A stretch of 64,000 nucleotides of DNA, taken from an uncultured Bacteroidales bacterium (GTDB lineage: Bacteria; Bacteroidota; Bacteroidia; Bacteroidales; P3). The notes under the pieces were generated by a model. It had not been told where the DNA came from. It saw only the letters and a program-made list of their open reading frames with translations, and did no database searches. The stretch spans positions 7,445 to 71,444 of the forward strand of contig ONJY01000009.1 in the NCBI GenBank assembly GCA_900318275.1, in the 5' to 3' direction. The position numbers and the translations under genes were made by a program. Of this stretch, positions 57,648 to 64,000 are shown in pieces (positions within the stretch are counted from its first letter, which is position 1; each line of letters begins with the position of its first letter).

Positions 57648-58261
57648 TGGCACCGCAGCTGCCATTGGACGGCATCCGCGCCGTGATATTCGACCTCGAC
57701 GGCACGCTCTACAACAAAAAGGGCCTGCCGTTGAGGCTCATCGCCGCCGACGTGCCCCACATGATGATGCTCGGCAACGAGCGCAAGGCCCGCAAGGAGC
57801 TGATGGGACAATGGTTTGGCGAGGAAGCTACATACTACTGCAAGTTGTTCGCCCGTGTGGCGGAGCTGAGCCACAGCACGCCGGAGAAAGCCCGCCATTG
57901 GTATGAGCGTCACTACATGCCCAACATGCAACGCATACTGCGCCGCCACTACCGCGTGGAGCCTTGGGTGGAAGGCATGTTGGCCGACCTGCGTCAGAGA
58001 GGCGTCAAAACTGCCGTCTACTCTGACTACGGCTGTCTTCGCGAGCGCCTCGAGGCGCTGGGGTTCGACTGCGCCTGGGTCGACGTGGTGGCCGATGCGC
58101 CTAACCTCGGCGGCCTGAAGCCCAGCCGCGAGGCTGCCATGAAGCTCTGCTCGATGCTTGGTGTCGACCCCAAGGCAACACTCATGGTGGGCGACCGCGA
58201 CGACACCGACGGCGAGACGGCACGCCGCTGCGGCATGCGCTTCCTGCACGTCAAACTGTAA
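57644..58261 (+). CDS. HAD-superfamily hydrolase (subfamily IA-like)
   Basis: Motifs VIFDLDGTLYN and MVGDRDDTDG. ATGA overlap with the GH3-family stop. Confidence 0.8.
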   Translation: MMAPQLPLDGIRAVIFDLDGTLYNKKGLPLRLIAADVPHMMMLGNERKARKELMGQWFGEEATYYCKLFARVAELSHSTPEKARHWYERHYMPNMQRILRRHYRVEPWVEGMLADLRQRGVKTAVYSDYGCLRERLEALGFDCAWVDVVADAPNLGGLKPSREAAMKLCSMLGVDPKATLMVGDRDDTDGETARRCGMRFLHVKL

Positions 58262-58266
58262 CGGCA

Positions 58267-60102
58267 TTGGTGAACACCGGCACATACTTTGCACGGCTGC
58301 GCGAGCTTGTAGCCCTCGAACTTGAGGAGGAGAAGCGTGGCGAGAGGCCGCAGCGTTACCCGGTGAATCTCGGCAACACAGCCTACAACCCGCTTGGTCA
58401 GCTGACGCTGGATGTGCGCTACGAAGTCGACGAGGACGAGGTGGAACAGGAGTTTGAGCCCGGCAAGCCGGTGGCGCTGTTCTACAAGGCCGGCGACGAC
58501 ATCAAGGAGCTGCCGCACCTGTGCTACGTTGAGCATGTGGTCGACGGCAACATCACCATAAGTCTGCCCAACAAGGCGGCGGAGCAGAGCATCCGCAACA
58601 CCGCACAGCGGCAGCTGTTGGGCTTGCAGCTGGGTGTGGACAACACCAGCTACCGTGTGATGACCGAGGCCCTGCGTGAGGCCGAGAGGAAGGAAGACGA
58701 GCGCTTCGTGCGACTGCGCGACGTGCTTGTGGGCAACAAGGCGCCGTCGTTCCGCTCGCTGCCGCAGTTGTCGTTCCCTTGGCTCAACCGCAGCCAGCAA
58801 GATGCCATACAGCGCGTCGTGGAGGCTCAGGAGGTGGCCATAGTGCACGGTCCTCCGGGTACCGGCAAGACCACCACGCTGGTGGAAGCCATCATAGAGA
58901 CCCTGCAACGCGAGACGCAGGTGCTCGTCTGTGCGCCGAGCAACGCCGCCGTCGACTGGATCAGCGAGCAGCTGATGCGGCGCGGCATACATGTGCTGCG
59001 CGTGGGCAACCCTTTGCGCATGAGCGACGAGATGCTCGACTGCAGCTACGAGCGTCGCTATGCTTCGCACCCCGACTACCACGAGCTGTGGAACATACGC
59101 AAGACGCTGCGCGACGGCGCCAAAGGCGAACAGGCGCACCGCCTGCGCCTGCGTGAGACAGAGCTTGAGATAAAGATAAACGCCGACCTCTTCGAGCAGG
59201 CCCGTGTGGTGAGCTGCACGCTGATAGGCAGCGCCTACCGCATCATGGAGCGGCGCCGCTTCAGCACCCTCTTCATCGATGAGGCAGCACAGGCGCTGGA
59301 GCCTGCTTGCTGGGCCGCCATACTGAGGGCCGACCGCGTGGTGATGGGTGGCGACCACCAGCAGCTGCCGCCGACGGTGAAGAGCATGGCGGCAGCCAAA
59401 GGAGGCCTTGCCGACACGCTGATGCAGCGCTTGGTGAAGCTGTGGCCTCAATGTGTCAACCTACTCACCGTGCAGTACCGCATGAACGAGGACATCATGG
59501 CCTTCCCCTCGCGTTGGTTCTACCACGGCCAGCTGCATGCAGCACCCGATGTGGCACATCGCCAGATAAGCCAGCTCGACACGCCGCTGATGTGGATAGA
59601 CACAGCGCTGCTCGACACCGCCGAGCACGAGGTGCGCGGAAGCAGCCGCAGCAACGCCGACGAGGCGCGGCTGGTCATACACACCCTGCGCGACTACATA
59701 GACATGCTCTCGCCGCAGAAGGTGGAGAGCGAGCGCGTGGACTTCGGCATCATCACCCCCTACCGCGGCCAGGCACGCCTGCTGCGACGCCTGCTGAAGA
59801 TGCAACACTACTTCCGCAAGCTCAGGCGCCACATCACCGTGGGCACCGTGGATGGCTTCCAGGGGCAGGAGCGCGACGTGATAGTCATCAGCCTCGTGCG
59901 AAGCAACGCCGACGGACAGATAGGCTTCCTGCGCGACCTGCGCCGCATGAACGTGGCCATGACACGCGCCCGCATGAAGCTCATCATCGTCGGCAACGCC
60001 GCGACGCTGAGCCGCCACCGCTTCTACCGCGAGCTGGCAGAACACATAAAGGAACACGGAGAATTCATAGAGATAAAACCCGATACCGATGAAAAAGCCT
60101 AA
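58267..60102 (+). CDS. superfamily-1 helicase, Upf1/IGHMBP2/DNA2-like
   Basis: Walker A GPPGTGKTTT, motif II LFIDEAAQ, VDGFQGQERDVIVIS, NVAMTRAR. TTG/GTG start at 58267/58270. Confidence 0.85.
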   Translation: MVNTGTYFARLRELVALELEEEKRGERPQRYPVNLGNTAYNPLGQLTLDVRYEVDEDEVEQEFEPGKPVALFYKAGDDIKELPHLCYVEHVVDGNITISLPNKAAEQSIRNTAQRQLLGLQLGVDNTSYRVMTEALREAERKEDERFVRLRDVLVGNKAPSFRSLPQLSFPWLNRSQQDAIQRVVEAQEVAIVHGPPGTGKTTTLVEAIIETLQRETQVLVCAPSNAAVDWISEQLMRRGIHVLRVGNPLRMSDEMLDCSYERRYASHPDYHELWNIRKTLRDGAKGEQAHRLRLRETELEIKINADLFEQARVVSCTLIGSAYRIMERRRFSTLFIDEAAQALEPACWAAILRADRVVMGGDHQQLPPTVKSMAAAKGGLADTLMQRLVKLWPQCVNLLTVQYRMNEDIMAFPSRWFYHGQLHAAPDVAHRQISQLDTPLMWIDTALLDTAEHEVRGSSRSNADEARLVIHTLRDYIDMLSPQKVESERVDFGIITPYRGQARLLRRLLKMQHYFRKLRRHITVGTVDGFQGQERDVIVISLVRSNADGQIGFLRDLRRMNVAMTRARMKLIIVGNAATLSRHRFYRELAEHIKEHGEFIEIKPDTDEKA

Positions 60103-61132
60103 ACTCTTCCGCTGGGCCCTGTGGTGGGGCCTGGGCATTGTGATAGCATGCCTGGCGGTGATTGTCATCGACGCCATCATGAACATGGACAAAACAGGCG
60201 CCGACGAAATGAGCACCCCGATAATGGGCGCTTTCTACAAACTCATCTACAACTTTGGCATCTGGCCCATAGTGCTGTACATAGGCCTCGTCGGGCCCGT
60301 CGTCGAGGAGCTGTGTTTCCGCCTGTGGGGCAACGGCAAACAGTGGACGGGCTACACCTCCGTGGCGCTGATGGCGCTGTGGATGCTCTCTCTGGGCTGG
60401 CTGGCTGCCGCCATAGCCCTTGGTGCCGGCATAGCCGTCATGATTGTCTACCACAACGACAGAACACGGCGGCTCTTCGCGCTCATGCTGCTCTCGTCAC
60501 TGCTCTTCGCTGCGGCCCACATAGGCAACTATAACCCCAGCGGCAGCCTGACCATGTTCCTCGTTGCCGTGCTCCACAAATTCGGCATGGGCCTGGCGGC
60601 ATCCTATTTGGTCATCAACCATAACATACTTTGGTCTATGGGGCTGCACATACTGAACAACGGCGTGCTGGCCGTCATCTTCGGCGTGGGCGTCGGCATG
60701 GCCGCCGACACCGTTACCACCGCCGAGAACAAGGACTGCCGCATCACCCTGCGGCCGGTACTGACGAAGAGTGCCGACAAAGACACCTATGTGCAGGGAT
60801 GGCTTGACGACAGCACCTACACCGACATCGGCACCCCTGGCAACATAGCCCAGACTCTTAACTCCATAGCACACATGAACGGCTCCACGACGCAATGCGA
60901 CTACGAGTGGTCGGATTACCCCAAGGCAGAGATAACGGTGGTGATGCTCGGCGGTTGCCGCGACTACACACGCCCCGTTCGCCTGATGGAAGAGAAGCAA
61001 TGGATAGCCATCGACACAGTAGAACATGCCGACAGCGTGCGCACAATGTATGTGGGCGACAGCTCATACACCATCGCCGTCGAGCGCACCGTCACAATAC
61101 GCAACACCTACGAACCCCTGTCGGGGATTTAA
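60089..61132 (+). CDS. CPBP (CAAX/Abi) family intramembrane glutamic endopeptidase with unassigned ~150-aa C-terminal domain
   Basis: Motifs PVVEELCFRLWG (EExxxR), FAAAHIGNY, HILNNG. 14-nt overlap with the helicase gene. Confidence 0.8.
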   Translation: MKKPKLFRWALWWGLGIVIACLAVIVIDAIMNMDKTGADEMSTPIMGAFYKLIYNFGIWPIVLYIGLVGPVVEELCFRLWGNGKQWTGYTSVALMALWMLSLGWLAAAIALGAGIAVMIVYHNDRTRRLFALMLLSSLLFAAAHIGNYNPSGSLTMFLVAVLHKFGMGLAASYLVINHNILWSMGLHILNNGVLAVIFGVGVGMAADTVTTAENKDCRITLRPVLTKSADKDTYVQGWLDDSTYTDIGTPGNIAQTLNSIAHMNGSTTQCDYEWSDYPKAEITVVMLGGCRDYTRPVRLMEEKQWIAIDTVEHADSVRTMYVGDSSYTIAVERTVTIRNTYEPLSGI

Positions 61133-62494
61133 TCACACCTCTATCTCGCCGCTGATGCGGTCGTCGCCCCACACGGAGTACATGTTGGTACGGCCCTCGT
61201 GGAGGGTCATCTTGCCCTTGGCCTCGAGGTGCAGGCGATAGAAGACGCACTGGTGCAGGTCGGCCTGGCCGCACACCACGTCGGTGGCGAAAGCCTCACA
61301 GGTGGGAGCGCCACACACACCGCAGTCAATCTGCGGCAGATGCACCTTCATCTTCTCTATCTTCTCCATCTTCTCGAAGGCCTTCTTGCGGTCCTCGTCG
61401 AGGATGAGCATGGAGCGAGGCTGCACCTCGTCGACAAAAGCGTTCTCAACCAGATATTCTTTGTACTTCTCCATCTCGCGGTCGCGCGGCATCTCGCCGT
61501 TGCGCTCACGCTCGGCGGCCTTGCGGGCACGGGCGTACATGCGCTCGCCGCAGAGGAAACGGTTGTCGCAGCTCAGCAGCGCACCGGCACAGCTCTGGTC
61601 GCAAGCCCTCAGCTCGAGGAACTCCACGCCCTCCACCTCGTCGTTCTCCAGCTTGTCGAGGAAATCCATGACGTTCTCTATGCCGTCTATCGAGTAGCTG
61701 CGCTTGGCCGTGCAGATGCGGCGCTCACCGTTGGTGAGGGTCGAGAGGATGGCGTCGGCACTCAGACGCTGACGCGTCAGCGGCGGGTATTGGTGGTTCT
61801 TGCCGTTGTCTTTTATCTGCTTGTATACGCGGTTGAACAGCGAGTTCATGTTAATCACGCCGTCGATGATGCTCTTCTCCTCGCCCACAGGGGCCTTCAC
61901 AGCCGACACCTTGGCGGCGCACGGCGTGATGTAGAACAGGCCTATCTGCTCGCGCGGTATGCCGCGGCTCAGCAGCTCCTGCAGGGCATACATGGCGCTG
62001 ATATCCAGCGGCACCTTGATGGGCATGATGTTCTCCGCCAGCGACGGGTACTTAATCTGTATCAGGCGCACGATAGCCGGACAGAACGACGATATCAGCG
62101 GTCTTATGTCGGGGTGCTCGCGGGCGTATTTCTCCTTCACGTCGCGGTAGATAGAGGCTGCGGCCTCCACCTCCATCACATGGGCGAAGCCCAACTCATA
62201 GAGCGTGGCATAGACCTTCGAGACACTTATCTCGTCGGGGAACTGGCCCATAAACACCGCAGGCAGCAACGCCACAGAATGGGGATAGCGGCGGAACATC
62301 TCGAAGTCATCGTCCTTGATGCTGATAGACTGCGCCGGGCACACCTCATAGCACTTGCCGCAGTCGATGCAGCGGTGCTCCTGTATGGATGCCTTGCCGC
62401 CATGTATGCGTATAGCCTCGGTAGGGCATATCTTCATGCAGCGCGAGCAGCCTATGCAGCGCTGTTCCTCAACCTGTAATGCGTGATAGAACAT
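61133..62494 (-). CDS. [FeFe]-hydrogenase-like (H-domain) iron-sulfur protein, probably sensory rather than catalytic
   Basis: Two ferredoxin motifs (CIGCSRCMKICP, CIDCGKCYEVCP). Altered H-cluster motifs SSFCPAIV, ITPCAAK and ELRACDQSCAGA. C-terminal CGVCGAPTCEAF Fe-S motif. Confidence 0.8.
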   Translation of the reverse strand: MFYHALQVEEQRCIGCSRCMKICPTEAIRIHGGKASIQEHRCIDCGKCYEVCPAQSISIKDDDFEMFRRYPHSVALLPAVFMGQFPDEISVSKVYATLYELGFAHVMEVEAAASIYRDVKEKYAREHPDIRPLISSFCPAIVRLIQIKYPSLAENIMPIKVPLDISAMYALQELLSRGIPREQIGLFYITPCAAKVSAVKAPVGEEKSIIDGVINMNSLFNRVYKQIKDNGKNHQYPPLTRQRLSADAILSTLTNGERRICTAKRSYSIDGIENVMDFLDKLENDEVEGVEFLELRACDQSCAGALLSCDNRFLCGERMYARARKAAERERNGEMPRDREMEKYKEYLVENAFVDEVQPRSMLILDEDRKKAFEKMEKIEKMKVHLPQIDCGVCGAPTCEAFATDVVCGQADLHQCVFYRLHLEAKGKMTLHEGRTNMYSVWGDDRISGEIEV

Positions 62495-62505
62495 CTTTCT
62501 TTAAA

Positions 62506-62550
62506 GGTTATAGGTTATAGGTTATAGGTTAGGGGTTATAGGGTTGGGGG
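62506..62550. repeat. heptamer array GGTTATA x3, GGTTAGG, GGTTATA, GGGTTGG (left flank of the four-helix-bundle cassette)
   Basis: Read directly. Inverted with respect to 62930-62957. Overlaps the last codons of the pseudogene. Confidence 0.9.
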
Positions 62551-62924
62551 GATATCTGCTTGCTATCAAAGTAGTTCTTTAGTCCCGAGAGCATCTTTGC
62601 CACCTCGATAAACTGCGGTCGTATCACATCAATTTGCACCTGTGTCAAATACCCCAATTCCTGGGCGATCTGAAGTTGGCTGAATGCTTCCATAAGAGAA
62701 CCCTAGGCTATTTCAATGAAATGGGCTTTCTCCTTGAAGGAACTACGTCCGCTACCTTCGGCAATATTCGAGGTGACAGAAGATGCCGAGCGTCTGACCT
62801 GGTCTCCCAAGGCATACGTCTCGTATTTGGGGAAAATATGCTGCAAAGAATAGATATCCCTTACCAATATTTTAGCCATTTTATATACTTCCAAATCTTC
62901 AAAAGAAAACTTCTTTTCGTCCAT
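62529..62924 (-). pseudogene. four-helix-bundle protein (23S rRNA intervening-sequence protein / Avd-like family) interrupted by one in-frame TAG
   Basis: Track ORF 62703..62924 (MDEKKFSFEDLEVYKMAKILVRDIY...NIAEGSGRSS...HFIEIA) stops at the TAG (62703-62705). The same frame continues GSLMEAFSQLQIAQELGYLTQVQIDVIRPQFIEVAKMLSGLKNYF... to the TAA at 62529-62531. Confidence 0.8.
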
Positions 62925-62929
62925 CTCTC

Positions 62930-62957
62930 TATAACCTATAACCCATAACCTATAACC
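62930..62957. repeat. heptamer array TATAACC x2, CATAACC, TATAACC (right flank; reverse complement of GGTTATA)
   Basis: Read directly, 5 nt beyond the pseudogene ATG. Confidence 0.9.
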
Positions 62958-62966
62958 TTTTATTCG

Positions 62967-63380
62967 CTATGCGAAAAACACTTCCATCTCCACGGTGGTG
63001 CCTACGCCCACCTCGCTGGTGACATTCATCTTGTCGACATTCTTCTGCATGTTGGGCAGGCCCATGCCGGCGCCGAAGCCCATATCGCGCACCTCGGGGC
63101 GTGCGGTGCTGTAACCCTCCTGCATGGCCAAGGCTATGTCAGGGATGCCGGGGCCCTTGTCGGCCACCACCATCTTTATCTTGTCGGGGTCGATGTCCAC
63201 CAGCACCTTGCCACCATAGGCGTGGGCTATGGCGTTCACCTCGGCCTCGTAGAGCGCCACGACGACGCGCTTCACTATCTGCGGGTCTACATTGAGCTGC
63301 TTCAACGTCTTCTTCACCGAACTGCTTGCCTTGCCAGCGTTGACGAAATCGCCCTCTATAACAGTATATTCCTGATGCAT
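62967..63380 (-). CDS. SpoIIAB-like anti-sigma regulatory factor / serine protein kinase (HATPase_c)
   Basis: N-box EAEVNAIAHA, G1 DKGPGIPD, G2 GFGAGMGLPN. 137 aa. Confidence 0.8.
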   Translation of the reverse strand: MHQEYTVIEGDFVNAGKASSSVKKTLKQLNVDPQIVKRVVVALYEAEVNAIAHAYGGKVLVDIDPDKIKMVVADKGPGIPDIALAMQEGYSTARPEVRDMGFGAGMGLPNMQKNVDKMNVTSEVGVGTTVEMEVFFA

Positions 63381-63388
63381 CTTTCCAA

Positions 63389-63458
63389 TTATGAGTTATG
63401 AGTTATGAGTTAAAAGCTGCCGCACCTGGAGAACTCTTAATTCTTAACTCTTAATTAA
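63389..63458. repeat. inverted heptamer arrays (TTATGAG x3 ... AACTCTT/AATTCTT x3-4) around a 19-nt spacer; cargo-less hairpin
   Basis: Left array 63389-63412, right array 63432-63458. Units are complementary at 6 of 7 positions. The right array overlaps the DRTGG stop codon. Confidence 0.8.
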
Positions 63459-63796
63459 TAAAGCGGTTTCATGCCTGCCTGGTAGAGTATACCGCAGGTC
63501 TTGAACATGGAGTACTGCGTGCAGATGAGCACCATGCCGTTCTCGTCGGCCAGCTCCACCATGTCCTCCGTGGGGCGCTTGCCGCGCACGAAGATGACCA
63601 CGTCGAGGTTGGCCATGTCGCAGGTGCGTATGGTCTGCACGTTGCACAGACCCGTGATCAGCACCGGGGTATCCTTGAGCGTCAGCACATCGCTCATCAG
63701 GTCGGAAGCAAAGCAATGCTCCACCTCCATGTCAAGCTTGTCGGCACCAAGACCCACCGAGGCGCCAAGTTTATCCACAATAGCTTGTAAAGTCAT
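63455..63796 (-). CDS. DRTGG-domain protein
   Basis: 113 aa with an ASDLMSDVL...VLITGLCNVQTIRT...VVIFVRG pattern, recalled from DRTGG proteins that accompany SpoIIAB-like kinases and hydrogenase-like sensors. Confidence 0.65.
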   Translation of the reverse strand: MTLQAIVDKLGASVGLGADKLDMEVEHCFASDLMSDVLTLKDTPVLITGLCNVQTIRTCDMANLDVVIFVRGKRPTEDMVELADENGMVLICTQYSMFKTCGILYQAGMKPLY

Positions 63797-63799
63797 AGT

Positions 63800-63841
63800 T
63801 TTGTGAGGTATATATTATTATTTGTGAGGTATATATTATTA
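63800..63841. repeat. perfect 21-bp tandem duplication (TTTGTGAGGTATATATTATTA x2) in the 5' UTR of the minus-strand operon
   Basis: 63800-63820 and 63821-63841 are identical. The pair lies between the minus-strand promoter and the ATG at 63796. Confidence 0.9.
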
Positions 63842-63855
63842 ATTGTTTCCGAGTG

Positions 63856-63886
63856 CAAATTTACGCATTTATTTCCACATGGCAAA
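63856..63886 (-). promoter_or_regulatory. promoter of the DRTGG/kinase/hydrogenase-like operon: TTTG N19 TAAATTTG (minus strand)
   Basis: Minus strand reads TTTGCCATGTGGAAATAAATGCGTAAATTTGCACTCG. Confidence 0.75.
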
Positions 63887-63901
63887 ATTTTTGTATCTTT
63901 G
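63872..63901 (+). promoter_or_regulatory. divergent, overlapping plus-strand promoter (TTTC N18 TATCTTTG) ending 4 nt before the ATG at 63906
   Basis: TATCTTTG at 63894-63901 followed by CAGC ATG. Same geometry as 34588-34602. Confidence 0.6.
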
Positions 63902-63905
63902 CAGC

Positions 63906-64000
63906 ATGAAAAACATTGTACCACTGGCCGTAACGCTCTTGTTCACAACCCTGAACGCCCTGGCCGCACCGCTGGCCGACTCGGCGTGGCGCGCCGATGT
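63906..64000 (+). CDS. 5' end of a secreted protein gene (partial, runs off the window)
   Basis: MKNIVPLAVTLLFTTLNALAAPLADSAW is a signal-peptide-like start directly behind a consensus -7 box. Confidence 0.45.
   Translation, partial: MKNIVPLAVTLLFTTLNALAAPLADSAWRAD

Noticed and set aside
55869-57665. 598-aa minus-strand ORF opposite the GH3-family gene. Similar long shadows occur at 58027..59451, 59461..60216, 61199..62479, 45178..46128, 46026..47180, 47331..48356, 49509..50579, 31446..32591, 38555..39376, 9762..10454 and 300..863.
   Set aside because: All lie antisense to, or out of frame with, genes that carry clear family motifs. All have Ala/Gly/Val/Arg/His-rich low-complexity translations. 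They lack Bacteroidota promoter boxes.
62634-62948. 104-aa plus-strand ORF across the four-helix-bundle cassette
   Set aside because: It is antisense to a frame with clear four-helix-bundle family motifs, and its own translation shows no features.
62506-63458. Possibility that the short-unit arrays are CRISPR arrays
   Set aside because: The units are 7-21 nt and directly abutting, with no unique spacers of 25-40 nt. There are no cas genes in the window. Arrays come in inverted pairs, which is not CRISPR architecture.

Overview
This 64 kb window is a chromosomal segment from a Bacteroidota genome, probably Bacteroidales-like. The assignment rests on repeated TTTG-N19-21-TAnnTTTG promoters, absent Shine-Dalgarno sites, a porP-porK-porL-porM-porN type IX secretion (T9SS) operon, a UpxY-type NusG paralogue, T9SS C-terminal sorting domains and a GH3 'auxin-responsive' family gene.

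Most of the window is GC-rich housekeeping DNA:
- Translation and RNA modification: lysS, thrS-infC-rpmI-rplT, rplS, rpsF-rpsR-rplI, yceD-rpmF, miaB, rluD-like, aspS.
- DNA repair: ung, mutS.
- Other: methylmalonyl-CoA mutase, a cell-envelope operon (ypfJ-like/LD-carboxypeptidase/kdsC/rlpA-like), GH3 and GH29 glycosidases, and 8 tRNAs in three transcription units.

Many long 'ORFs' in the six-frame track are antisense shadows of these GC-rich genes, and I rejected them.

Non-routine content:
1. An AT-rich islet (about 24.05-28.07 kb) sits behind the rplI terminator. It carries a GmrSD-like DUF262/His-Me nuclease tightly coupled to an ADP-ribosylglycohydrolase that has an unassigned C-terminal domain. 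This is my best candidate for an undescribed two-gene defence-type module.
2. A heterogeneous family of intergenic elements is built from short tandem 'words' (7, 9, 11, 17 or 21 nt units), often paired with an inverted copy of the same array. Three members share CACTGAAGAA / ATGCCGAAGGG modules, and three lie between back-to-back divergent genes (divergent promoter boxes identified at two of them).
3. A four-helix-bundle (23S-IVS/Avd-like) gene with one in-frame TAG, flanked by inverted GGTTATA heptamer arrays, is inserted inside a DRTGG / SpoIIAB-like kinase / sensory-type [FeFe]-hydrogenase-like operon.
4. A compositionally distinct, lower-GC block holds a second porN/gldN paralogue abutting mutS.
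5. A near-identical promoter and leader cassette precedes the tRNA transcription units.

All GC statements are by-eye estimates, not computed. All family assignments come from motif recognition, not database searches.
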